DNA of 63,557 bases, filler included. It is 5 parts of 5 records of this genome, joined end to end, with 100 filler letters (N's around TTAATTAATTAA, not from the genome) between each part and the next. Parts side by side here need not be neighbours in the genome. Positions count along the whole stretch, not along the records: positions 33,033 to 57,504 come from DRR723986_8158; positions 57,605 to 63,557 come from DRR723986_8223; 3 more parts are not named here. One strand, written 5' to 3'. The translations under genes were made by a program, and so were the position numbers. Below, one piece after another: positions 50,576 through 59,877 of the stretch (positions are counted from its first letter, which is position 1; every line of letters starts with the position of its first letter). Below the pieces are notes generated by a model. The model was not told the origin of the DNA, ran no database searches, and saw only the letters and a list, made by a program, of their open reading frames with translations.

Positions 50576-52024
50576 TCAGATCGTGAGGCGTAGAACAGGC
50601 GAAATCATAAAGAAGTGCTCGTTCTCATAGTAGCGCGAATGGCGCAGTGGCTGCGCGTACTTGCCTTCCAGGTAGAAGAAACGGCCGAACAGCGGGATGT
50701 ATACGCGTCCAAGCAGAATCTGGTTTGAATACTGTGCTGAGATGCCAAATGGGAATGCCGCCTGACTGCGGTATTCAACCTTGGCAAAAACCCAGTCGCC
50801 AAACTCACTGTTCTTGTACGTACGCAAACCGAGAGCGTTCTCTGTAGTGATTTGCGATACTCGCTCATCGTCAATAAAGAAGGCTGCTTCACGAACCTCA
50901 GCATAGGAAATACCAAGGTCAAAACGGAAGTAGTTCTCAGCTTCGGATGGATCCAACCACAGGTGATAAAAACCTGTGATCTGACCAGTTCCACGCAGAA
51001 TCGGTGCTACCGAAAGAACGTTAAACGGACGGTCTCTCAACAGCACTTCACGATTACGGCCATCATTAACTGGGAACAATGCATAGGTTCCAGCATCAAT
51101 GCCTTCCGTACCAAGTCCTGCAAATGGCAGGTTTACTTCTACGTGCAAACCAGCTTCAGGGTGGACCGGGACGTGAAAGTCCAATCCAGCAAAGAATTTC
51201 CCACCAGGACCGGAGTTCAATCGGCGGTCTTTGACCCAGTCAAATACGCTGCTTGAACCTTCTTCCAACCCTGTCGAAAGGCGGTAAGATCCACCAATCC
51301 ATACGTCGATCAGGTGTGGAATCGGCTTGCGCGTACGTGCATCTGTATTTTCATACAGCGGACGGCGCAGGCTGGCCATTGCTTCACCGGCAGACCAGAA
51401 GTGATATCCAACTGGGTCATTACCAATTTGTGAACGCAACCAGAAGCCGGACTCACCAATCTTAACAGCCTGGTCAAAAGCCGAAAGAGTGAACGAGTGT
51501 GTCACATTCGTCGGCTCAAGGAAGTCAGTAATGACTTCATGCTGAGACTGCGTCAACGGTTTGTCTTTCGGAATCTCGTTAAAGCAGTATGTGCGCTCGC
51601 CATAATCATTAATGAAGCCTTTGTACGGGCCGCTAAAAATGATTTCACCACTTACAATCCCTGCCAGACTCTCCATATAGGAGTCAATCTCAGCAGCCGT
51701 CATGGAGCTTGCACCGCATTCTACCAAGAGAAGTTGGTAGGGCGCATACGGATCGTCAATGGATTTTGGTGCCGCTGTCACGACAATGTCATATACGTCC
51801 AGGCTGTCGGCTGGAAAGCCGTGCAGCAGGAAAACCTGTTCAATTTGAATCTGCAGATCATACTCGCACATGCTCCATCGCGGAAAGTATCCGACGATAT
51901 TGGAGTCGAGCGTCGTCAAAGCTGATAGCAGCTGCGCACGGCTAGCCGGGGCAGCCTCGCTTTGCAGCGGCAGGCATGTCAGTCCGACAAATGCCGCCGC
52001 CAGAATAGCAATCGCACGTTTCAT
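50576..52024 (-). CDS. Hypothetical exported protein with C-terminal outer membrane beta-barrel (paralogue of 52154-53875)
   Basis: Signal peptide MKRAIAIL..EAA; amphipathic strands ending FFMISPVLRLTI. Confidence 0.75.
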   Translation of the reverse strand: MKRAIAILAAAFVGLTCLPLQSEAAPASRAQLLSALTTLDSNIVGYFPRWSMCEYDLQIQIEQVFLLHGFPADSLDVYDIVVTAAPKSIDDPYAPYQLLLVECGASSMTAAEIDSYMESLAGIVSGEIIFSGPYKGFINDYGERTYCFNEIPKDKPLTQSQHEVITDFLEPTNVTHSFTLSAFDQAVKIGESGFWLRSQIGNDPVGYHFWSAGEAMASLRRPLYENTDARTRKPIPHLIDVWIGGSYRLSTGLEEGSSSVFDWVKDRRLNSGPGGKFFAGLDFHVPVHPEAGLHVEVNLPFAGLGTEGIDAGTYALFPVNDGRNREVLLRDRPFNVLSVAPILRGTGQITGFYHLWLDPSEAENYFRFDLGISYAEVREAAFFIDDERVSQITTENALGLRTYKNSEFGDWVFAKVEYRSQAAFPFGISAQYSNQILLGRVYIPLFGRFFYLEGKYAQPLRHSRYYENEHFFMISPVLRLTI

Positions 52025-52153
52025 ATAGTTTGCTTTATTCATAATAGTCTGAATATCTGAGTGATAGTCTTTTCGCGTTGCCGCAGTTGAACCGTGGGGT
52101 CAAAAGCATTTGAGCAATGCAGATGCAAACGTCGCTCTGACCCCGCCTACCGA

Positions 52154-53875
52154 TTACCAGTTGTAGAGTACTCGAACGGAAGGCAGGAATACACTTCCCG
52201 GCTCCCATGCATGTTCGTCGCGTAAAACGGGCGCAAACCCGCGCGCATCCATCTTGACGCTAACCTGTTCTGTGACTGGAATCTGCAACCAGATACTTGC
52301 CCAGACGGCCTCGTCAAAGTACTGAACGGAAATTCCGAACGGGGTGTCGGCACTGAGTTGCATGAACTCAATCTTGCCGGAAATACCACCGCGTGTTTCA
52401 GCAGTTTGCTCGCGAAACTCTACGACGTCCTCAAAATCGGAATTCTGGTCCAACTCATAGCGCCATTGTTCGATCGAATAGACCGTACCACCAACGCCGA
52501 AGCGGAACAGATAATCGCTATCAATTGCTACGCCAAACGTATAGTGTGCCTGTGCGTTAAAGCGAATGAAGTAGTCGAGATCTGTTGGATCTTCGAAAAA
52601 CGTGAACGGGTCAGTATCACGATCTTTATAGGATGCTGGTTCAGCATCGCCCAGAACGTAACCGAATGAACCGCTAAAAATACCGCTTTTCGGAATAATC
52701 TTAATCGGAAAGTCAATTTTACCGTTGATACCAAAGCTGCCGTGCGTCATGGTGCGGTCAGCTCCCAGCTCATCAGCCAGCGTCGCCCAGCCGGAAGTCG
52801 GTAGAATCACACCCAGCTTGACGTTGCTCCAGATAGCGTTTAGTGCCACGCGCTCTGACCACAGTCCAGGGTAATTGATTTCGTCAATACCGTACTTCAG
52901 TTCAACGCCATATTTTGGCAGGTAGTTATTCATAACGATGTCTTCTTCCAACGGAAGCTCATCATCACTACCATTGGCAGATGCAGGCACGGCATATGGA
53001 TCTTCATAACGACGGTAGCTGATTTCATCAACACCTACAGTCAGAAGGTTCTGTGTAAAGATATCAGCCGGCTCACCATTCGAAATCCGCAGGTACTGCT
53101 GGATATCTTCGGATGAAATGTTCGAGGAGTTACGCTCAAGCGGAGCAGACTTACCAAAAACTTCTGGGTAGAAGTTAGTTTGGCCCAGTCCCTGCAGCTC
53201 AGCAGTAATGTTCGAATAGTCGCGCTGAATGATTGCGTTCTCAACGTAGTCATACAGGTTATCAGCACCCAGACTGGAGTCAATCTCATAAGCTTTCAGC
53301 TCATCGATTGTCAAAATGTCCGTCGGCGAGACAGTCTTGAGATTGTCTTCGGCCTTCTCGCGGCCTTTGCTCGACTGAATCAAAGAAATGATGGTGGGCG
53401 TGGACCCCTGAGCAGCACGCGTCGTCACCAGATATACATCCTCAATCCTGCGGGTCACCGACCCTTTTTTCAGTTCGGCCTCAATTACAGCCTGAATGTC
53501 TGGTGTTAACCTGATACCCTGACGCTGCAGCTGGTCAACGACCGCCTGGAAGTTACGATTCCGGTTGGCCGCGGCTTCAATAGCACGACGCGTTGCCGGA
53601 TCGACCTTATTCATCACTTCCGGGTCAACCTCGCCTTCGCTTTCTGAGGTTGTCAAAAGTTTTTTTACAGTGCTGACGCTTGGCGCTTTCATGCGCAAGA
53701 CCCAGATATCACTGTAGCGGTAGTATTTCAGCTTTTGCAATAACGGCCGGATGTCATTTTGGGCGGCAAGATCGCCACCTGAAAACATCAGGATCGCCAT
53801 TGCAGTCGCTATCGCAGGAATCAGACGGCGGGAGGCTGGAACCTGCGCCGCGCGGACTTTTTGTGCTCGATTCAT
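52154..53875 (-). CDS. Hypothetical exported protein with helical N-domain and C-terminal outer membrane beta-barrel
   Basis: Signal peptide ending DLAA-Q; amphipathic strands; terminal VRVLYNW beta-signal-like motif. Confidence 0.75.
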   Translation of the reverse strand: MNRAQKVRAAQVPASRRLIPAIATAMAILMFSGGDLAAQNDIRPLLQKLKYYRYSDIWVLRMKAPSVSTVKKLLTTSESEGEVDPEVMNKVDPATRRAIEAAANRNRNFQAVVDQLQRQGIRLTPDIQAVIEAELKKGSVTRRIEDVYLVTTRAAQGSTPTIISLIQSSKGREKAEDNLKTVSPTDILTIDELKAYEIDSSLGADNLYDYVENAIIQRDYSNITAELQGLGQTNFYPEVFGKSAPLERNSSNISSEDIQQYLRISNGEPADIFTQNLLTVGVDEISYRRYEDPYAVPASANGSDDELPLEEDIVMNNYLPKYGVELKYGIDEINYPGLWSERVALNAIWSNVKLGVILPTSGWATLADELGADRTMTHGSFGINGKIDFPIKIIPKSGIFSGSFGYVLGDAEPASYKDRDTDPFTFFEDPTDLDYFIRFNAQAHYTFGVAIDSDYLFRFGVGGTVYSIEQWRYELDQNSDFEDVVEFREQTAETRGGISGKIEFMQLSADTPFGISVQYFDEAVWASIWLQIPVTEQVSVKMDARGFAPVLRDEHAWEPGSVFLPSVRVLYNW

Positions 53876-54032
53876 CGCGCTCTTTAAGTAAATATGAGTA
53901 ATAGTATCGTTCTTCGTAATTGTACTCGGCTTGAGCCGCATATTGCAGGGCGTCTCTTCCTCCAGCGCCCTGCCGCGGTGGCACCCGTCGCATTACCTTC
54001 CCAGCAAACGGATGCCTCAATATACTTGATTA

Positions 54033-56336
54033 TTACCTTCTGGGGGGACGGCGTCCACCACCCGGGCCACCACCACGAGTACGTGGTACTTCGTGGGAGA
54101 CCGAAAGGTTAAACGTTCCGTTTGTTGGCGATGAACTTACGCCATTGATGGAGTTTCGTACCGAAGTGCTCAGTGTACCCTGAACATATCCCGAGATTTC
54201 CTCTTCGCGTCCAAGATCGCCTTCAAAGACGATGTTGACCGTGTACATTCCGTCACCCTGATCTTCCACGTAGGTTTCTGTCGCCTGGAAGTCCGGCGTC
54301 AGAGTCGCTGTAATCTCACCAATTTCTGGCAAGGCAATGTCTTCAGCTGCAGAGGTAATCGCCGCTGTATCGACGATTGCCGGTACAATGCGAATGTCGC
54401 GCACGCTAAGCGTGAACTTTTTCGTACTGGTTCCGGAAGTTTTGCCCGTCACACGTGTAAAGTCAAAGGATGGAGGCTCCTGATTGATCGACTTGGTCGT
54501 TTCAGGATAGAGGTCAACTTCTTCGTTAGTATACGGCGATACCCAGGTAATACGCAAACTTGCACTTTGCGCAGAAGCTGGAATCTTCATGATTTGACTC
54601 AGGCCGTATACCGGAGCAGTTTGATCCAGCGAGTTTGTAGCCACATATGTGCGGAACTGGCTCGCAGGAATCTTACCCTCAGCAGTAGGCACAGCCTCTA
54701 CCGTCAAAGCATAACCGTAATACAGGTTGCTGATTTTGAAGTCCAGATCGTTTTTGCTGTCCTGCGTTAGACCCGTTGCAAACACTTCCAGATTAGAGAT
54801 TTCAGATTTGACCTTGCTGGCATTTTTCTGAACAACTTCAATCTGGTAGTTACCCGGCTCCAAAGCACGTGCAGCTACAGCGCTATAGAACTTCTTACCT
54901 CCACGCACGGCCGTTCCACCAGCAGCATCAGCCAGCGATTCAATCGGCTCGATTGTGAGCGCGACAGGACCACTTGGAGTGCTGATCTGTCCAACAGGAA
55001 CATTGTTGCCCTGGAATGGACCAGCGGAGAACGTAAATGCCGGACGCAATTTGTCAAACACATACACACCTTCAGGCGGCAGGTCAACATATGGATCGGC
55101 AATATTCATTGGTGGTTTAATAACCCGAATATCAATTTCTTTTGTGCCCTGGTTCTGATCGAAGTAGTTCGACATGTTCGGCGCAAGCAGCTTACCGATA
55201 TATCCATACAGTTCAATCTGTGAAATCAGACGCGTAGCGTCATTTTCGTCGCTGAATTCACCAGCCGCACGGCGTTCGCCCACGCGTACCTTGGCAGCCT
55301 CAAGCATTTTGTCATACTCTGAAGCAACCTTGCGCACTTCGGCAGCCTCACCGCGAGCTTCAAAAAGCATCTCAGCAGAAGGAATACCGAGGCCTTCCAG
55401 ACGCTTCGTCAATTCTTTGTGGACCGTCTTCAGCTCTTTTACTTTGAGCTGGACTGTACCAATGTTGACTTTGGCATCATCTGGTACCGCGTCCATCGAC
55501 AGCATGGTCGCATCTGCGCCACCTAAACCGAGGATTTTATTCGTACGTGAGCCAAAACGCAGTTTATACCAACCCGGCTTTTGTGGAGCCTGAAAACGCA
55601 CGATAAACACGCGTTTTTTGAGTTTGCCATCTTCTTTTTCGGCCAAATCCATCGATGATTCCTGGTCGTACCAGAAAACACTGTCAGATTTGATAGCTTC
55701 AGGTGGCGCATGTGCGTCCAAATCACCGACTACATTCGTGAATTCACCATACGCTGGATGTGACCAATCTTCGGTCGCCTCATTATCAAGCTCCAGGCGG
55801 CGCACCAATTGCAGGCGCCAGCTATCTCCATCAATTTCATCTCCAATAATCTGTCCTGCTTCGCTTAGCTCAATCAGGCTCAGAGTGTCGTCGGTTGGAA
55901 AGGATGGAGAATCCTCCGGATCTTGGCTCGGGTGGAAGAAAACCTGATACTCAAGTTCTTCCACGTTGGCCAACCGAATGTTCGTACGCACTTTTTCGTG
56001 GTAGTCTTCTTTCGTTGGATCAAGCTGTGAGTGACCGGAAATGTCCGTCACACCAACTTCAATCTCATACTCACGGTCCTGGCGAATCTCAGGGCCATCA
56101 CCGCTCGATTTGACTTCCTGAAGCGTAATCTCATCTTTTGGTTTAGTACTAATTCCTTCACTACCCGCACCAGTCTGCAACTGGGAGAGAATGCTCTCCA
56201 CAATCCGCATCGTTTCTTTCTGCTTCGCAATCAGGTGTTCTTCGGCTTCATCACGTTCTACGATAATGATGAGGAGCTCGAGAATCACAGCGAGGTAAAG
56301 TACAAAGTAGACTTTCCCCGCGCCGCCTTGTGCCAT
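54033..56336 (-). CDS. Large single-pass membrane protein, GldM/PorM-like (tentative)
   Basis: MAQGG..KVYFVLYLAVILELLIII N-terminal TM, then helical and beta-rich periplasmic regions; GGAG RBS. Confidence 0.6.
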   Translation of the reverse strand: MAQGGAGKVYFVLYLAVILELLIIIVERDEAEEHLIAKQKETMRIVESILSQLQTGAGSEGISTKPKDEITLQEVKSSGDGPEIRQDREYEIEVGVTDISGHSQLDPTKEDYHEKVRTNIRLANVEELEYQVFFHPSQDPEDSPSFPTDDTLSLIELSEAGQIIGDEIDGDSWRLQLVRRLELDNEATEDWSHPAYGEFTNVVGDLDAHAPPEAIKSDSVFWYDQESSMDLAEKEDGKLKKRVFIVRFQAPQKPGWYKLRFGSRTNKILGLGGADATMLSMDAVPDDAKVNIGTVQLKVKELKTVHKELTKRLEGLGIPSAEMLFEARGEAAEVRKVASEYDKMLEAAKVRVGERRAAGEFSDENDATRLISQIELYGYIGKLLAPNMSNYFDQNQGTKEIDIRVIKPPMNIADPYVDLPPEGVYVFDKLRPAFTFSAGPFQGNNVPVGQISTPSGPVALTIEPIESLADAAGGTAVRGGKKFYSAVAARALEPGNYQIEVVQKNASKVKSEISNLEVFATGLTQDSKNDLDFKISNLYYGYALTVEAVPTAEGKIPASQFRTYVATNSLDQTAPVYGLSQIMKIPASAQSASLRITWVSPYTNEEVDLYPETTKSINQEPPSFDFTRVTGKTSGTSTKKFTLSVRDIRIVPAIVDTAAITSAAEDIALPEIGEITATLTPDFQATETYVEDQGDGMYTVNIVFEGDLGREEEISGYVQGTLSTSVRNSINGVSSSPTNGTFNLSVSHEVPRTRGGGPGGGRRPPRR

Positions 56337-56612
56337 AAGTTTTTTCTCCGCAGACTATATTTTTAGGGTATAAATAGTTATCGACTTCAGCGTTTCAATC
56401 AAGCGTCAGTGCTCCCTTCCGGGGCATAGTTTGCTGCTTGCTTCCGGTGTAATCCCTGGCCGCGTGTAAAGTCACAGAACGGGCTGGATTTGACGGTAAT
56501 TTCAGTTGGATGAGAGTGCTCGATTTATCCGCGTCACGACTCAAAAACTGCTGCTAACCCGGACGCAGACGCGACGACACAATGTGCAGGCCCATTTAGG
56601 GCGAAAACTTTA

Positions 56613-56641
56613 ATACTATCATCTTTTGAAACAAAAATCAA
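56613..56641 (-). promoter_or_regulatory. Candidate sigma70-type promoter for the three-gene operon
   Basis: Minus strand TTGATT-17 nt-TAGTAT in an AT-rich patch. Confidence 0.35.
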
Positions 56642-56848
56642 GCCGAACTACCTTAAAAGGTAAAAATGCACGACCAAAAAGCATTTTGAAATGACGAGCC
56701 TGCAACCTATTTACGTAGTTCCTACGTCTAAGCGGCCGGACTTGGTCGGCGGGATAGGCAATCCGCCGCAGCACTATTTAGTCACATACGCCGGCATAAA
56801 AAATAGCTAACGTAGAATTTGTAATCCCTGTTCACACGATAAGTCATC

Positions 56849-57322
56849 ATGAAAACTACTTCGATCCTTAACAACCCCGTCTTCGTTGCTGCAGCCAGAC
56901 TCGCTATCGGAATGGTCTTCCTCATCGCTGCCGTAAGCAAAATAGCAGACCCAGATACCTTTGCAAAGTCTATCACCGGTTACGAAATGCTGCCCTACGG
57001 CCTGACGAATATCGCAGCACTCATCCTCCCCTGGCTCGAACTAATCTGTGGCCTCTTCGTTATTTTTGGTGTACGCCTCCGCGTAAGCGCCGCTCTGATT
57101 CTGGCAATGCTCGTAACATTCACGGCGGCAATCATAGTTGCCGTCCTCCAAGGCAAAGATCTCAACTGTGGTTGTTTTGGTGATGATACAAAAGTCGGCT
57201 GGCCAAAAGTTATCGAAAACACCGGCCTAATGATCCTGACGCTCTACGTCGTCATTTTCCCAAATGACCGCATCGGCCTGGCACCGCTCGTCAGCCAGCC
57301 CAGCGAGGCTCCTACAGCCTAA
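56849..57322 (+). CDS. MauE/DoxX family membrane protein
   Basis: RL.IG.VF..A..SKI.DP..F, LPWLELICG, DLNCGCFG motif. Confidence 0.88.
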   Translation: MKTTSILNNPVFVAAARLAIGMVFLIAAVSKIADPDTFAKSITGYEMLPYGLTNIAALILPWLELICGLFVIFGVRLRVSAALILAMLVTFTAAIIVAVLQGKDLNCGCFGDDTKVGWPKVIENTGLMILTLYVVIFPNDRIGLAPLVSQPSEAPTA

Positions 57323-57466
57323 CTCCACCCCGCTCTGGTTCAGTTAATCGGATTTAGAATGTTCGTTTGCCCCGGATTTGGCGTACAGGCATTTGTTCTA
57401 CGCGTGGGCGCACAATTTTCCGGTGGCCTCATACAGTTATCAGACACCTTCTTTCGCCTTAACGAT

Positions 57467-57504
57467 GAGCGCTTCGCCCCCTTCACTCTGTTCGGTGGCT
57501 TACT
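57467..57504 (-). repeat. Dispersed intergenic repeat, copy 2 (at contig end)
   Basis: Reverse complement is 31/38 identical to 33730-33767. Confidence 0.6.
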
Positions 57505-57604
57505 NNNNNNNNNNNNNNNNNNNNNNNNNNNNNNNNNNNNNNNNNNNNTTAATTAATTAANNNNNNNNNNNNNNNNNNNNNNNNNNNNNNNNNNNNNNNN
57601 NNNN
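57505..57604. other. Artificial contig spacer
   Basis: N run with ttaattaattaa. Confidence 0.98.
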
Positions 57605-58376
<772 letters not shown>

Positions 58377-58418
58377 CTGCAACACCCACCGGCCCCCCGG
58401 TCAGGAGCGTAACACCCC

Positions 58419-59327
58419 ATGGCCAAAGACCGTTCCCAGTCCAGTGATTACACCGGCCCGCTGCGCCGGTTGCTCTTGGCTGTGCTGGTGCTGGTGCTGG
58501 CGGCTGTGTTCCTGTTGTGGCGGATCGACAGCCCGCGCGTGGAGCGGTTTCGCGCCCAGGTCACCGACCGTTTGGTGCCCAATCTGGATTGGGCGATGGC
58601 GCCGGTCACCGGCACAATCAACCTTTTACGGGATTATCAAAGCTATCAACGGCTGGCCGACCAGAACCGCGAATTGCGCAGCGAATTGCGCCAGATGCAG
58701 GCCTGGAAAGAGGCCGCGCTACAGCTTGAGCAGGAAAACGCCCGACTGCTGGACCTCAACAACGTGCGGCTTGATCCGCGCCTGACCTTCATCACCGGCG
58801 TTGTGCTGGCTGACAGCGGATCACCGTTCCGGCAATCCGTACTGTTGAATGTGGGCGCACGCGATGGGTTGGTCGACGGTTGGGCCACAATGGATGGGAT
58901 CGGGCTGGTTGGCCGCATTTCTGGCGTCGCGAAAAACACCGCACGGGTGATCCTGCTCACCGATGCCTCCAGCCGCATTCCCGCGATCATCCAACCCTCC
59001 GGCCAGCGGGCGATTGTGGCCGGTGACAACACCGCCGCCCCGCCCATTGATTTTCTGGAAAACCCCGATCTGGTCCGCCCCGGCGACCGGGTGATCAGTT
59101 CCGGCGATGGGGGGGTATTCCCGGCGGGTCTGTTGATCGGACAGGTTGCCGCCGATCCGGGCGGGCGTCTGCGGGTGCGATTGGCCGCCGACTATGAACG
59201 GCTCGAATTCTTGCGGGTGCTGCGGCACCACGGCAACGAACAGGTCTCGGATACCGCGCAGGTGATTACCGACAGTGGCCCATTGCCAGCAGCGCAAGAC
59301 AACGCCGAAACGGATGATCAGCCATGA
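58419..59327 (+). CDS. mreC: Rod shape-determining protein MreC
   Basis: TM plus coiled coil (LEQENARL), G..DG, GLVGRI, SSG.GG.FP.GL.IG. Confidence 0.95.
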   Translation: MAKDRSQSSDYTGPLRRLLLAVLVLVLAAVFLLWRIDSPRVERFRAQVTDRLVPNLDWAMAPVTGTINLLRDYQSYQRLADQNRELRSELRQMQAWKEAALQLEQENARLLDLNNVRLDPRLTFITGVVLADSGSPFRQSVLLNVGARDGLVDGWATMDGIGLVGRISGVAKNTARVILLTDASSRIPAIIQPSGQRAIVAGDNTAAPPIDFLENPDLVRPGDRVISSGDGGVFPAGLLIGQVAADPGGRLRVRLAADYERLEFLRVLRHHGNEQVSDTAQVITDSGPLPAAQDNAETDDQP

Positions 59328-59863
59328 ACGATCTGTCGCAAACCCGGCTTTGGCTGATGCGGGCGGCGTTTCTGTTTCTGGCGCTGGTGATCCTGTTCTT
59401 TCACCTGCTGCCGCTCACCACCACGCCAAGCCGCTGGACAGGGCCGGATCTGCTTTTGGCTTTTGCCTGTGCTTGGTCCTTGCGGCGGCCGGAGTATGTG
59501 CCGGCGCTGGCGCTGGCCTTGGCGTTCCTGATGGCGGATCTTTTGTTACAGCGTCCGCCCGGTCTTTGGGCATTGCTGGCTTTGATGGGGTGTGAAAACC
59601 TCAAGTCGCGGGGCCGCAACCTGCGCGATTCCAGCTTTGCAGTGGAATGGCTGACGGTGGGCATTGTGATCATCATGGTGATGGTGGCGAACCGGCTGCT
59701 ATTGGCCGTTTCACTGGTCGAGGTGCCGCATTTGCCGCTGGTCCTTTCCGAACTGGGCATGACTTTGCTATTCTATCCGCTGGTCGTTCTGATCACCCAT
59801 GGGCTGATGCGGGTGCGCAAAACCGCGCCGGGTGATCTGGATGCCCATGGCCAACGGGCCTGA
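59324..59863 (+). CDS. mreD: Rod shape-determining protein MreD
   Basis: Multi-TM, GPDLLL..W..RRP, DLL..PPG; position between mreC and mrdA. Confidence 0.92.
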   Translation: MNDLSQTRLWLMRAAFLFLALVILFFHLLPLTTTPSRWTGPDLLLAFACAWSLRRPEYVPALALALAFLMADLLLQRPPGLWALLALMGCENLKSRGRNLRDSSFAVEWLTVGIVIIMVMVANRLLLAVSLVEVPHLPLVLSELGMTLLFYPLVVLITHGLMRVRKTAPGDLDAHGQRA

Positions 59864-59877
59864 CAGGGGAGACAGGT

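Noticed and set aside
56403-56437. c-di-GMP-I riboswitch-like fragment on the minus strand (GCAAAC-stem-GGAA-stem-GACGC)
   Set aside because: Lacks the following AAAG and second stem with tetraloop receptor; kept only as part of a low-interest leader finding.
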